Source: Squalus acanthias
Taxonomy: Eukaryota
DNA length: 64,000 nt
Assembly: GCA_030390025.1 (NCBI GenBank)
Contig: CM059432.1
Location: forward strand, 46,440,001-46,504,000
Direction of reading: 5' to 3'
Shown: positions 23,718 to 37,803 of the stretch, one piece after another
Position numbering within the stretch: position 1 is the stretch's first letter
Layout: each line of letters opens with the position of its first letter
Translations under genes and position numbers: made by a program
The notes under the pieces: generated by a model
The model's database searches: none
The model's input: the letters and a program-made list of their open reading frames with translations, nothing else
Told to the model about the DNA's origin: nothing

Positions 23718-24654
23718 GTGAAAGTATGAAGATTGTAGTCAATCTGCAGTGTAAGAAAGAATGGAGCAATGTCAAATCGATTCTCAACTAGTGGCAGTCG
23801 CTGAACTGCAGCTTGCCAGCTGTGTGCACTGTACTGTTCAGAGATGGATTGTCCTTAGTCCTTCAATTGCCCTAGAGCCTTGTCTCTTCTCTCTATGACT
23901 CCAATCCTGAAGATATTGAACAGCAAACACCTATGCCCAGGGCTGTAATTTTAGCATTGTAATCTTTGGGGGAAAGAATGGATTAGTCATGGTGAAAAAT
24001 GTCAGAAGTCAAGGGAATTGCTGTAACAATCATGAAAAGTCACAGGCATGTTTTATAGCAACCAAACTACCTTTATTTTGTTATATTTCTCTTCCAAGTT
24101 CTATTTCTTTCACTCTTCTTTCACATCTGTTTCTCTCTGCTCCTTTACTTCTCGTGATTTTCACTTTCCCTTTATCACTTTTTTCCCTCTTCTGGTTTAA
24201 CCCTCCCTCTGCAACTGTACTTGGGGATAGACGACATTATTGGAACTCAGATAGACAGCAGGTCAGAGACAGCAGGACTGATGGTCATTGCATCTGGGCT
24301 TGGCAGGAACATACATACTGCTATCTGTTGGAGAGGGGTGGGATTTTGTCTTGCTCAGGCTTAATAGTACGAGCTTTTACAGGTTGTTTTAGCTGAGTGA
24401 CTTGCTCCAGCGGCCGGCTGACCTAACATGCCGGCCGACAGCCCGGTAGTCCCACAGGAGTCCCTGTCCATTTTTTGAACCGAGTTTCATTTCCATCTGG
24501 TCAGTCAGCTGCCGCCGGAACCCATTCGCCCCGCCAGCACGGTCAGCCCCGGAGCCGGAGGAAGGTAGGCTCCTGTTGGGATGGTGGAGGGAACCCCCAG
24601 CCATTCCGAGGGGCACAATGTGCTTGCCAATATTCTTGCAACAGCTGATTCTTA

Positions 24655-24926
24655 TACATACTTCTTGCACATCCCCGATTTTCATCACTCCACCATTGGT
24701 GGCCGTGCCTACAGCTGCCTGGGCCCATGGCTCTGGAGTTCCCTCCCTAACCCTCACTGCCTGTCTCTCCTCCTTTAAGACGCTCCTTAAAACCTATCTC
24801 TCACCTGTCCTAATATCTCCTTCTGTGGCTCAGTGTCAAATTTTGTTTCTTAACGTTCCTGTGAAGCGCCTTGGGACATTTTACTACGTTAAAGGTGCTA
24901 TATAAATACAAGCTGGTGTTGTTGTT
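24655..24926 (+). mobile_element. L2-type LINE 3' end
   Basis: STIGGRAYSCLG motif and tataaatacaag...gttgttg tail. Confidence 0.8.
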
Positions 24927-25679
24927 TTTGTTCTTGCAGTCTTGTATAATTGTTTACTGTGCTAACAATCTCTTTACCTCATCCATCTTCTCATTCTAAA
25001 ATAAGAATGAATGAGTCAGTGCAATGCAAGATCACTTGCCTTTGTGCTATTTGCTCTCTATAATGGCCTAGTTTTAAAAAAAAATTAACACCACCAGTTG
25101 CGAACAAATCAGATATGTAAAAAACATGACTTCTTACGATAAGCTGAATAAATATCGATCAAAAATTATAATACAACAAATTCAACGAATAGATCAATTA
25201 AGTCAACCAGGTAGGTAAAGCTGCATTGCTTACATGCACAATGTACCTTTCTGCTTACAACAGCCGCCAGAGCAATTACATGGAGCTGATTTTCACTCTG
25301 GCCCAGTCATAACAAAGCCTAAAGAATCTTACCAGTAAGATTGATGGCACCAGATTGTTGTGTAACACGTGTTGTTTTAACATTACATTTCCATTATCTG
25401 CCTGGTGTTGAATGACCAAAACCAATTGTTTTAAGCTACAGTAACAAGAAATATGTCAGACTCAAAAAGATTGGGAGCAGTAAGGCAATTTTGTACAGTG
25501 TTGCGGGGGAATGAAAGCATGTCAGCTAAAATGAATTAAATGCTATTCAATTAACAAATAATTATCAGCTACTAGGTTAACAGAATGAAAAAATTACTTT
25601 GATTTTCATCTCAGGCAGTAACTTAATATAATCATAGGATTTTAACTCCAGGCTGCGAAAACACAGGCCGCTTTGCTGT

Positions 25680-26192
25680 TCTTGCCATAGAGGGAGTGCA
25701 GCGAAGATTTACCAGACTGATACCTGGGATGGCAGGAATGACATATGAAGAGAGATTGGGTCGATTAGGCTTGTATTCGCTAGAGTTTAGAAGAATGAGA
25801 GGGGATCTCATTGAAACTTATAAAATTCTAACAGGACTAGACAGACTAGATGCAGGAAGGATGTTCCCGATGGCGGGGGAGTCCAGAACCAGGGGTCACA
25901 GTCTAAGAATAAGGGGTAAGCCATTTGGGACTGAGATGAGGAGGAATTTCTTCACCCAGAGAGTGGTGAACCTGTGGAATTCTCTACCACAGAAGGCAGT
26001 TGAGGCCAATTCATTAAATATATTCAAGAAGGAGATAGATATATTTCTTAAGACTAAAGGGATCAAGGGATATGGGGAGAAAGCAGGGACAGGGTACTGA
26101 ATTTGGATGATCAGCCATGATCTCATTAAATGGCGGAGCAGGCTCAAGGGGCCGAATGGCCTACTCCTGCTCCTATCTTCTATGCTTCTATG
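25680..26192 (+). mobile_element. CR1 LINE 3' end
   Basis: QRRFTRLIPG...LYSLEFRRMRGDLIETYKI...FFTQRVVNLWNSLP, 3' UTR and (ttctatg) tail. Confidence 0.92.
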
Positions 26193-27650
26193 CATCCGGG
26201 AGTGGCAGCATGCAGGCTCAGCCTACTTTAATGGCCGGGCCTCATTAACATGCTGCTTGCCGACTTCCCCACCAAAAGGGTTGGGACGTCGGTGGGAAAC
26301 AATTGCCCGGCCGTTAAAACCGGGTGCCCTGCTCGGTCAGTTGTTAAAATGCTATTGGGGTCTTAATGACATTACAGGACCATAACTTGCATGTATTAAT
26401 GAGGCTCCTGCCTGAGCCAGGCAGGCACCTAGGCCACCTAAAAAAGGAATGATGGAAGGTGTGAATCGAGCAGGAATGGGGCAGTAAGTCTTTACACAGT
26501 AATTTTAACTGCGCGCTGGCTCCATTTCCACTAGGTGGGGTGGGATAAAATTCCTCCTGTAGTTTCTAATTGATCCATGATATGGACACACCAAGTCACA
26601 ATTAGTGACAATTAGCCAGCAGAATAATACATTGTGAATTATATGGTATAATGGTGCTGTCCTCAGTGTACCCTTCAACCTACCATAATCAGTGCCATGG
26701 GAGAACTGAAAAATGCACACTTTTAAGAAGTGCTTTCTTAATGAAGAAGTGTTCAGCAAAACCATTCATTGTCTGGGGATTGGGAAATGCCCAAAACACC
26801 GTGCATCATTTTTGTCGTGTTGGTGCTTCAATGCACTTTACATGATCTCATTAGGGGTTGCAAAACGGAGAAAGGTTTGCCAAGCACTTTCCTAGAAAAC
26901 TATGCCCCTTTAATAGAGGGAGTCTCATCACTGTTTTAGAGAGGCCATTGTAAACATTTCTGTTTTTGATTAAAGCCTAAGTAGGTCAGCAAAAATGAAT
27001 TAAGAAATAAAAACTACAGAGCGAAGCAGATCGAGTAGTGCCTGAGGTGTTCCTCACAAGTACATGCTCAACACTGCAATCCATTCTGTCACTTGTTTAG
27101 TTCTAGATAGAAGCAGGAAATGTTGATAGACCAAGTCACTGTATGACATTTTTGTTGGTAAATTTGCTGTAAATATCACATGGCCAGTTCAGCAATATTT
27201 ATAGCATTCAGTGGTTGCTTATGTGCAATCCCTGCAGGGAGGCTGAAAAAGAAGGGAGATACTGTTATATGGTAGATATACTCTTGTGTTTTTAAATTGA
27301 GCAATGAGGGTGAATGGTCAAGGGCCATAAGACAGAACAACACCAGAAATAAAAAGAATAAAAGACAGAAGAGATATGATGTAGCAATTAGGTGATGCTA
27401 AGCTTGGGTTTTAAAAGCTTGAAGACTGTGGGAATAATTTTAACATAACCCACCCAATGAGAAACTGATAGAATCGGATCAGGCACCCAATTTACACACC
27501 GCCAGATTTTAATTTTCATTGACTTCCTTCCTGTCACCCAATGATACATCATTCAACAAGAACACTCCTTGGACACAGCACAATTGAAGTGCAACCAAAT
27601 TTAATTTCCCAAAATGTGATCTGTGTGTCATCCTAATGTTTGCTACCTTG

Positions 27651-28549
27651 GGGGGAAAAATCCAGTATCGCCCCGTTTGGGGTGCAATTATCGGCCGGGC
27701 GCAAAGATTAGCGCCTGGCGTTAATTATTGCCTCCGACTGCAAACTTGACTTTTATCGCCCCTGGAAGTGATTGGAGCGCTAAATCAGGCGCTACACATC
27801 TGTCTTAAGGCGCAAAGGCCGAGGAGCGAGGTGCTAACTCAGAGCGCTGGCGAAGCTCATATGATGTCAGTCAGCCATGGAACACAGACACAATGGCCCC
27901 GGCCAGTTCTTAAAGGGGAGGGTTGATCTTGCTTTCCATCCACATCCTGCTCATTGCAGCCTTGAATCTCGGCCTGGAGAGACCTGTACATCAAATCTGC
28001 TGGAAAGAACAATGGAGAGGCCCAGGGAAAGAGCTCAGAGTGCAGCCCCCACAGTCTCTTCTAAATCGATACAAGGAAGGGCAAATCAAAATGAACCTGC
28101 AAAGTGCTGCTCAGTACCCAAAACTCCTTCACACAGCATTGAATCTCTCCAGAAGTCTCTCTCTCTCTCTCTCTCTCTCAGAATGCGTGGTTCAAAAATG
28201 TCGCCAACAAAAAAAGGCAGGAAGCGGTCGCCTTTAAATAGCGCTCCCCCAGTCCCTTCCTGACTGCAAAACACTCCCCTCAACCTGTCGTTGCTAGCGG
28301 CAGGCGGTAAGGCAGGGGGCACCACTCAATATCCACTCCGGGGCGCTACCGGGGCGTTGCGCACTCGACTGACATCACGATCTGCCGGTGCAGGAGATCG
28401 TGGCGGTACTGTTTAGCGCCACCGCAAAATGTTTAGTTAATTTCGCGAGTGGTGCAAACATCGCCGCGCCCAGGCGCTAGTTGCTTTGCGCCCCATTAGC
28501 GCCCTCTTAAGGCGCTAACGGGAGGCGCAACCAACTGAATTTTTCCCCC
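27651..28549 (-). mobile_element. Internally deleted derivative of the 38354-40568 Harbinger, opposite orientation
   Basis: TIR gggggaaaaatccagt / actgaatttttccccc, exact 3-bp TSD TTG; keeps the Myb start MERPRERAQ (28012) and the transposase upstream region. Confidence 0.9.
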
Positions 28550-28641
28550 TTGGTGCTTTCTCTTGGCGAGAGGGCTTGATTGATGTAGTCTATTACCTGC
28601 TGTAGTACTTCTTCTATGTACTCTTCAATTGCTGTCCAGCC

Positions 28642-28950
28642 CTACAACCCTCCGTGATATCTGCGCTCCTCTAATTCTGGCCTCTTGTGCATCCCCGATT
28701 TTAATTGCTCCACCATTGGCGGCCGTGCCTTGAGCTGCCTAAGCTCTAGAATTCCCTCCATAAACCTCTCCGCCTCTCTACCTCTCTCTCCCTTAAGACA
28801 CTCCTTAAAACCTACCTCTTTGACCAAGCTTTTGTCCTTTCCTGATATCTCCTTATGTGGCTCGGTGTCAAATTTTGTTTGATAACATTCCTGTGAAGTG
28901 CCTTGAGACATTTAACTAAAGGCGCTATATAAATGCAAGTTGTTGTTGTT
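28642..28950 (+). mobile_element. L2-type LINE 3' end
   Basis: Same sequence as 12225-12546; (gtt)n tail. Confidence 0.85.
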
Positions 28951-28999
28951 GTGTGTCCATGAGAGCCTCTTGAAATTGAGGTGTCGATCATCCTCTGTG

Positions 29000-30870
29000 A
29001 GTAGGTGCTGAGATGGCTTAGATGCAGAATGTGCCAATTCGCCAGCTGAGAGGGCAGCCAAGCACTGCTTGCTTTCTAATTTGTCATTCTGAGATTCAGC
29101 GATGTTATGCATGATCATTCTATGCCTATCCCCGTTATTGGGTACTGTCTAACTGTGTCCACTGATCCTCATAATAGTAGATCTGATGTCAGCATTGATA
29201 TTAGTGAAAACCTTAGCAATGTGATTTCCAAACCTATAAAAGGAGAAGGAGATGTTGAGTCCAAGGGCTGGATGGCAGCAGTATGAGTATTCATGAGAGA
29301 TGCAAAGATTGGGCTACAGCCTCTGTCACAAGGGAGGGGAGGCTGTGCTGCAGATGCCCTTGGAGTTGCCATGCACTCCATGGTTGACTAAAGAGTTTCA
29401 ATTCCATGCATCAATGCAGCACATATGTGGGTTATGGCCTCCTTAACAGTAGTGTCCTTTGCTTTGGTGATGCTCAAAAAACATCCTTCTTTTAAAATCA
29501 GATATCTTGAGGACCAGATCACTCATCAGCTGAGGATGGACGTAAGATGACCCTTCGGACAGCAGGTTCCTGCTCCTCCTGTATCACCTACACCAGTTCC
29601 TGCTGACTCATGCTCTGTGTATAATCAATCCAGTGCACTTTTCCCAAACCCACCACCCACCCTCCCCAGGGTAATGCACCTGTGCTGTTGGTTTGCAGGG
29701 TGAGATTGAGGAAATTAGCATGCTGTGAGATATGTTACCTCTGGGCCAGTGGCACCTGACACAGCTTCATATGGTACAACTCTGGAAAGAAAAGTGGACT
29801 AGCTGTTACAACAGTGTATTGATAATGAATTGAGATGTTATAATCCTCTGAAGAAGTGACATGGAACTATTCTTCAATGTCTGCCTCAGTTGCGTTGAGT
29901 GAGTGAATGAATAGGAATGGGAAAATGGATATCCTGACTTGGGGCTAGGCCTCAAACTACGCTCTTGACTGCTTTTTGTCAGTGGTCTCTTTGCTTGAAT
30001 CTGCTGTGCTGCCTCCTCAAAGGGAGGCAAAAAATAACAAGGTCCATCCATGCAGCTTCTTTTCCTCTTGTTATGTGCTGACATCTCCTGCAAAAAGAGT
30101 AGAAGGGGTTGCCCAATTGACATTGGCAGGACAGACACAAATACCCATGTAGTTGCAAGCTGCCCATAGAGACTGTGAGGATAGGATCATGCATTATTGT
30201 GGTACAGTGGATGGAAGAGTTTGTTAGGGAGCAAAAGATTGTTATGAAAGGAACTGTTATTGGGAAAGAAAGCTGCTGCAAAATGTATCCTGGAGCATAA
30301 TGAGCAGTCATGAGAAGCTATCAAAGTGCTATAGGACTGTGTGGGTTGGAGGGAATTACTCATGGCATGAATGGTGAATACACTCCATTAAAATAAGGCT
30401 ACGGTGGGGTCTTTCCATGACACAGCTAGTGAGGTCATTAAACATCTTGTGGCCCTGCAGCCAAGACACAGTGCTGTTTGCATCTACATGCATTACTACC
30501 TCATGCCACACACCCTCACCCACTCTTCAGTGCACCAGATGACCATCTGGTAACTCCCTCCTCCAGCACACATGATCCAATAACATTTCTACAGTCCCAT
30601 CTGAGGAACAGGACACCCTACTGCTCTCAAGACTGCTGGGTGACATGGCCGTTGGTTTGCACTTTATTTTCCTTTGATCATTACTACAGAAACTCCTTTT
30701 AAAAGGCTGCAGGCCCTTAAGCACATCATTTCTTGTCCACTAATCATGCCTGGTGCTGGAGTGGCGCCTGAAATATAAGCAGGTTCATCACTACAATTGT
30801 AGGGCATGGTCTAATATTGCAACAGCTGACGTGCACCCTAACGAAGGACCTCCTTGAAAATTGGATCAAG
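29000..30870 (-). pseudogene. Highly decayed Harbinger Myb/SANT gene
   Basis: WLQGHKMFNDLT at ~30462-30427 and ttgcAG|EMSAHNKRKR at ~30087, the same exon junction as in 18150-21164; boundaries uncertain. Confidence 0.55.
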
Positions 30871-31989
30871 TGTATGAGCGAGCATGTGAGGAGAGCAACA
30901 TCTCTTTCTCATCCGCACTGGTGTTTCCAGATAACAGTACATACCAGTAGAGTGATATAGTATCCACGAGGATTGTTAGATTCTAATCTCCAAACTCTGT
31001 AGATCAGTCCTTACTATGTAGTACCTGGTCATGTATCACAAGGATTACGCTGAGTACAAGTATCAACAATGTTATAATAAATGGGCACCATTCCATGTAA
31101 AGAAAATACAAAAAAACTAACAATAATTGTTCTAAAAATCACAGGTTTCATGTTATGTAACATTTATATTAGCACTGATTAGAAGCAACAGGTAGCAATT
31201 TTAACAGTGCATAGCACTCAATCATATTTACTTATTATATTCGAGATTACTACTGGATTCTTCAGTATTTACTTCAATTTAAATAGGTTTAGAGATTAAA
31301 TACCGCATGCTGTGTTGTGTTGTATGGGGGTGGAAAATTTACGCCTTGTGCTTTGTGTTACTTCATTAGTCATATTTTAGCAATTGAAAGGTGCTCAGCT
31401 GTTACTATTTTCACAGAGGAAATTGTGCCCTGGCAACTGAACAGGGAAACAGTTGGAAACAAACACACACACACACATAAAGACGTCTTTGCCTTTATAT
31501 GTTAATGGTTGAGTAACGCATAGCTCCACACTGACCGCTGCCCACCCTTCCGGCTACCGCTAACCTCCCTCCTGATGACTGCTACCCACCCTTCCAGCAA
31601 CCACTACCCTCTCTCCCCGAGGGCCACTGCTGACGTCGCAGTGCCTTGATCTTCGAGTCTTCTTCTCCGGCAAGCCGCTATTAGTTGTCCACAGCTCGCT
31701 GGCCTGATGTTAATGAGGGCCGAGGCCTAATATTACGTGCGTCTTGGGCCTATCCATTCAGGCGCAGCGATTCTTCCCTGTGCCCCCTGCATGCCCGTTT
31801 TTGGGTGCACTTGAATTTCTAGGCCACTAACTGAAAGAAGCAGATAGCAGATCAGAAGGGATTAATCTGTACTGAGCCTGACACAAATACAATTTTGGAT
31901 TTTTTTTATTCGTTCATGGGGTGTGGGCGTCGCTGGCAAGACCAGCATTTATTGCCCATCCTAATCGCCTTTGAGAACATAAGAATGCA

Positions 31990-33930
31990 AGAACAATAGT
32001 GATAGGGGATTCACTAGTTTGGGGAACAGACAGGTATTTCTGCGGCTGCAGATGTGATTCCAGGATGGCATGTTGCCTCCCTGGTGCCAGGGTCAAGGAT
32101 GTCACTGAACAGCTGCAGAACACTGAAGGGGAAGAGTGAACAGCCAGAGGTTGTGGTCCATATTGGTATCAACGATATAGGTAGAAAGAGGGATGAGGTC
32201 CTGCAGGCAGATGTTAAGGAGCTAGGAAAGAGATTAAAAAGCAGGACCTCAAAGGTAGTAATCTCCGGATTACTCCCGGTGCCACAAGCTAGTGAGTATA
32301 GAAATAGAAGGATAGAGCAGATAAATGTGTGGCTGGAGAGATGGTGCAGAAGGGAGGCCTTTAGATTCCTGGGACATTGGGACCGGTTCTGGAGAATGTG
32401 GGACCTGTACAGGCTGGACGGGTTGCACCTCATGGGGGGTATACTAGTGCTGTTGGGGAGGGTTTAAACTAATTTGGCAGGGGGATGGGCACCAGAATGT
32501 AGCATTAGAAACGAGAAACATGGTACACACAAGAGTGGGAGATACAGATAGCACTAGAGTAAGAGATAGTACGGTATTAGGTGGGGTTAGACTAAGAGAA
32601 AATACAAGAAGGTCTAAGATAGGTTTAAAGTGCATGTATGTAAACGCATGAAGCGTGGTAAATAAAGTTGGTGAGCTGCAGGCATAAATAACCACATAGG
32701 AATATGATGTTGTGGCGATAACGGAGACCTACTTCAAAAAAGGGCAGGATTGGGTACTAAATATTCCTGGATATAAGGTGTTCAGGAAAGATTGGGAAGG
32801 AAAGAAAGGAGGTGTGGTGGCAGTATTGATTAAGGAGAATATTACAGTGCTGGAGAGAGAGGATGTCCTGGATGGGTCAAGGACAGAATCTATCTAGTTA
32901 GAGTTAAGAAACAATAGAGGTGCCATTACACTATAGGCCATCTACTAGTGGGAAGGATATAGAGGAGCAAATTTGCAGGGAAATTACAGAGAGGTGCAAG
33001 AAATATAGAGTAGTGATAATGGGGGACTTCAGTTATCCTAATATAGACTGGGATAGTAATAGTGTAAAGGGCAGAGAGGGGGAAGAATTTCTGAAGTGTG
33101 TTCAAGAGAACTTTCTTGATCAATACGTTTCCGGCAAAACAAGGAAGGAGGCATTACTGGATCTGGTTGTGCGGAATGAGGTGTGTCAAGTGGATCAAGT
33201 TTCAGTTGGGGAACATTTAGGGAACAGTGATCATAGTATCATAAGGTTTAGGTTAGCTATAGAAAATGACAAAGAGCAATCTAGAGTAAAAATACTTAAT
33301 TGGAGGAGGGCCAATTTCAGTAGGTTGCGAACGGACCTGGCCTGGGTAAATTGGAATCAAAGATTGGAAGGCAAAACTGTAATTGAGCAATGGGCTGCCT
33401 TTAAAGAGGAGATGGTTCGGGTACAGTCGATGTACGTTCTCACGAGGGGGAAAGGTAGGGCAACCAAAGCCAGAGCTCACTGGATGACAAAAGAGATAGA
33501 GAGTAAGATAAAGCAGAAAAAAGGGGCGCATGACAGATGTCAGGTTGAGAATACAAGTGAGAACCAGACTTAATACAGAAAGTTCAGAGGGGAAGTGAAA
33601 AAGGAAATAAGAGGGGCAAAGAGGCAGTATGAGAATAGACTGGCAGCTAACATAAAAAGGAATCCAAAAGTCTTCTATAGGCATATAAATAGTAAACGGG
33701 TAGTAAGAGGAGGAGTGGGGCCGATTAGGGACCAAAAAGGAGACCTACGCATGGAGGCAGAGGGCATGGCTGAGGTACTAAATGAATACTTTGCATCTGT
33801 CTTTACCAAGGAAGAAGATGCTGCCAAAGTCATTGTGAAAGAGGAGGTAGTTGAGATACTGGATGGGATAAAAATTGATAAAGAGGAGGTACTAGAAAGG
33901 CTGGTTGTACTTAAAGTAGATAAGTCACCC
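31990..33930 (+). mobile_element. CR1 LINE 5' half: ORF1 SGNH esterase domain and ORF2 AP endonuclease, decayed
   Basis: IVIGDSLV, VVVHIGINDIG, DGLHL; then AITET, GYKVFRKD, IMGDFSYP, LLDLV, GNSDH; several stops. Confidence 0.9.
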
Positions 33931-33962
33931 TTGCAATATAGGCTAACATGCCATTTGCCTTT

Positions 33963-34170
33963 CTAATTGCTGAGCAGGTTATTGGTGAGTAAGTGCCGCT
34001 TGATAGCACTGTCGACAACACCTTCCATCACTTTGCTGAATGATTGAGAGTAGACTGTTGGGGCAGTAATTGGCCGGATTGGATTTGTCCTTTTTGTGGA
34101 CATGACATACCTGGGCAATTTTCCACATTGTCGAGTGGATGCCAGTGTTGTAGCTGTACTGGAACATTTG
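33963..34170 (-). mobile_element. RT fragment of a different CR1-group LINE; its probable 3' end lies at ~31905-31978
   Basis: FQYSYNTGI..MWKIAQVCHVHKKDKSNPANY.P.SLLSII.KVMEGVVDSAIKRHL. Confidence 0.75.
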
Positions 34171-36179
34171 GAAGAAAAAGGGACACTTTCAAAGACAGTG
34201 TTATCTGGCACACTGAAAGAGCTTATAGTGTGGGTGTCTTTGACGAAACACTTCAAGGAATTTTGAATGTTCTGAAGTGTATATGCAAATTACACTGCAA
34301 GCATAACAGCTGAATTGCAGCATGTTCCAAGACTGAAAATATCATAAACCATGAAAATAAAGTTTTAAAATGATTCCCCTCACAGAATTGTCGTACAGTA
34401 TGGACAAATCTAGAATAATTCTTGTGTAATAACCAGCCCCTCATTAGAGCTGTACAACGTGAGTCTCACATTTGTATGAGCTAAGATGAGTCAGTAACCC
34501 CAACTGAATTTATATTTAATAATGTATATATTATATGTCATTTGTGAAAGATTTTGCAAGATTACGGGAATACATTGTGATATTACTGGGCAAATGGGCC
34601 TCCTTCTGAGCCGAGGTTGTGGGGACTGCTGCAAATCATCAGTTAACCACCTCAGAACCTCCAGTCACTGTACGAGAAGTAGGAAACTAAGTTTGAAAGG
34701 GCGTACAGGAGTAAGCACCAAGGGGAGGAGTGGGGGCCTTAAGCAGTAGGAAGCTTGTCAGATTTGTTGTCAGTGAAATGGTTTTTTTCCTAACAGGAAA
34801 TGTGCAGAAGATTTGGGACAAATTGAGAAATTGCCTACATGAAGGAATAACATATTGATCTCCAAATGGAAGTCTTGGTTGTTGTGTAGGAGATCGCTCA
34901 ATGTCAGCAAGTGACAGTGTTGAGTTTGTTGCCAAAAGGGTACCCTGATGGCATGACTCATTTGGCAGTGGCTTTGGATCTTAGCCACCTAGATCTCTCC
35001 CCTATGAACTGAGCCTGCAGCTGTCTCGCCACTGGTACAACTCAATTATTGCTTTGTGAGGGAAGTGCAGCCTTTTCAAGCATTGCTGATCATCACAATG
35101 AAATAGTCCACTTGCATTTTCAGCCAGGGAGCATGGGTACCAGCAGAGAGTGGCCAGAAGCCACCTACTGTCCCTCTTCAGCCTGGCATCCCGATGGTGT
35201 CCTTGATCCTCCTCTTCCTCCTCAAAGGACCCAAAGCAGTAAAACAGGAGAGGACCCATTGGTTCCTGAGGTGAAATCCAAAAGATATAAAACACGAAAA
35301 AAAACACAAAATTTTTTTTAAATGCTTTTAGAAATTCTTAAATATATCTTTAATGCATGTAAAACACCTTTGAAAAAGCTCAAACTTTAAAAACATGAGT
35401 TTATTCCCTGGCAATGTCACAGGAAGCACACATCCATTCATGAGCAGTTTATTGAGGTAATGTGTGTTTTTTCTCAATCTAGTGTTGGGGCTGTGGAGGG
35501 CAAGGAACCTGTTCCATTTCCTGAGGGAAATCTCACAAATCATCTTTATTTTTCAAGCATTCAGCTTTAGGCTTTAAGTTTCAGCATTAAAATGAAATGC
35601 TCAAACAGGAAGTTCCATTGCTCAACCCAAGTCTTCTGTGTAATTATGGGTTAAGTAACTGGACTAATTCTAGAGTATCTAACTCCAGAAGAGTGTGTAA
35701 AAAAACAAAAGGCTGACTCCATATGGGATGCAAGAGTGGAATGTGCCTGGACCCCAAGGTTTTGGGGATGTGTTGGGGGGAGCGGTCTGAGAACCAGAAG
35801 AAACTGTTAGCATCGCTTAAGTAAAAAGGCTGAACATATTAAATGTTCGTGTCCTTGAAGATAAGTTATTATGAAATGTGGCTCTTGCTGCTTCTCCAAT
35901 GATACCGATGCAAGAGCCAAGGGCTCCCTCTGGTGTGTGCCAGGCTGTTGTGAAAGTCACACAATTTACCTTTTTGTAATCAGTAATCTGTGGCCGGTAG
36001 CATGAGGTTCCCAGAAGATCGCTTAGGTAAGTATGAATGTATAGAACGCAGTGACAAGAAATATGTGGAGAGACCTCAGGGTTTATTGGCTTTTTGTCTG
36101 CACAAAAGAAAGAGAAAACACTGAATAGTAAATATTTTTTAACTTAAACTAATTGTTGGTTGGAAAAATGTTATCAGTT

Positions 36180-37803
36180 TGGGAGATCCCGGCAGACTGG
36201 AAAACTGTTAATGTAACACCCTTATTTAAAAAGGGCAGTAGACAGAAGGCTGGAAACTATAGACCGGTTAGCCTAACATCTGTGGTAGGTAAAATTTTGG
36301 AGTCCATTATTAAGGAGACAGTAACAGGACATTTGGATAATCATAAGTTAATAGGACAAAGTCAGCATGGTTTTATGAAGGGGAAGTCATGTTTGACAAA
36401 TTTGCTGGAGTTCTTTGAGGAAGTAACATACAGGGTGGATAAAGGGGAACCAGTGGATGTGGTGTATTTAGACTTCCAAAAGGCATTTGACAAGGTGCCA
36501 CACAAAAGATTATTGCTTAAGATAAAAAATCACGGGATTGGGGGTAATATTCTGGCATGGATAGAGGATTGGCTATCTAACAGAAGGCAGAGAGTTGGGA
36601 TAAATGGTTCATTCTCAGACTGGCAATCAGTAACTAGTGGTGTTCCGCAGGGGTCAGTGCTGGGTCCCCAACTCTTTACAATCTATATTAACGATTTGGA
36701 GGAGGGGACCAAGTGTAACATATCAAAGTTTGCAGATGATACTAAGATGGGAGGGAAAGTAGTGAGTGAGGAGGACATAAAAAATCTGCAAGGGGACATA
36801 GACAGGCTAAGTAAGTGGGCAGAGATTTGGCAGATGGAATACAATACTGGAAAGTGTGAGGTTATGCACTTTGGCAGGAAAAATAGTAGAGCAAGTTATT
36901 ATCTTAATGGCAAGAAACTGGAAAGTACTGAAGTACAAAGGGATCTGCGGGTCCTGGTGCACGAAACTCAAAAGGTTAGTATGCAGGTGCAGCAAGTGAT
37001 TAAGAAGGCCAATGGAATGTTGGCTTTCATTGCTAGGTGGATAGAATATAAAAATAGGGAGGTATTGCTTCAGTTGTACAGGGTATTGGTGAGACCGCAC
37101 CTGGAATACTGCATACAGTTTTGGTGTCCATACTTAAGAAAAGACATACTTGCTCTTGAGTCAGTACAAAGAAGGTTCACTCGGTTAATCCCGGGGATGA
37201 GGGGCTGGACATATGAGGAGAGGTTGGGTAGATTGGGACTCTACTCATTGGAGTTCAGAAGAATGAGAGGCGATCTTATTGAAACATATAAGATTGTGAA
37301 GGGGTTGGATCGGGTGGATGCAGGGAGGATGTTCCCGATGATGGGTGAAACTAGAACTAGGGGGCATAGTCTTAGAATAAGGGGCTGCTCTTTCAAAACT
37401 GAGATGAGAAGGAACTACTTCACTCAGAGGGTGGTAGGTCCATGGAATATGCTGCCCCAAAAAGCTGTAGAAGCTACATCATTACATAAATTTAAAACAG
37501 AAATAGACAGTTTCCTAGAAGTAAAGGGAATTAAGGGTTACGGGGAGCGGGCAGGAATTTGGACATGAGTCTAGGTTCGGATCGGTCATGACCCTGTGGG
37601 TAGCGTAGCGGGCCCAGGGGCCGTGTAGCCTGATCCTGCTCCTATTTCGTGTGTCCAATTCTGTTAGGTTCAGGAGATGGTTCTGTGATAGTAGATTGGC
37701 GGTTAGGATCAGATCAGCCATGATCTTATTGAATGGCGGAGCAGGCTCGAGGGGCCAATTGGCCTACTCCTGCTCCTATTTCTTATGTTCTTATGTTCTT
37801 ATG
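36180..37803 (+). mobile_element. Young 5'-truncated CR1 LINE with uninterrupted RT/C-terminal ORF2 (36180-37568)
   Basis: ~460 open codons: [41 protein letters not shown]; tail (ttcttatg)3. Confidence 0.95.

Noticed and set aside
36153..37568. 471-aa host protein-coding gene
   Set aside because: It is the 5'-truncated CR1 ORF2; the TTG start comes from flanking DNA.
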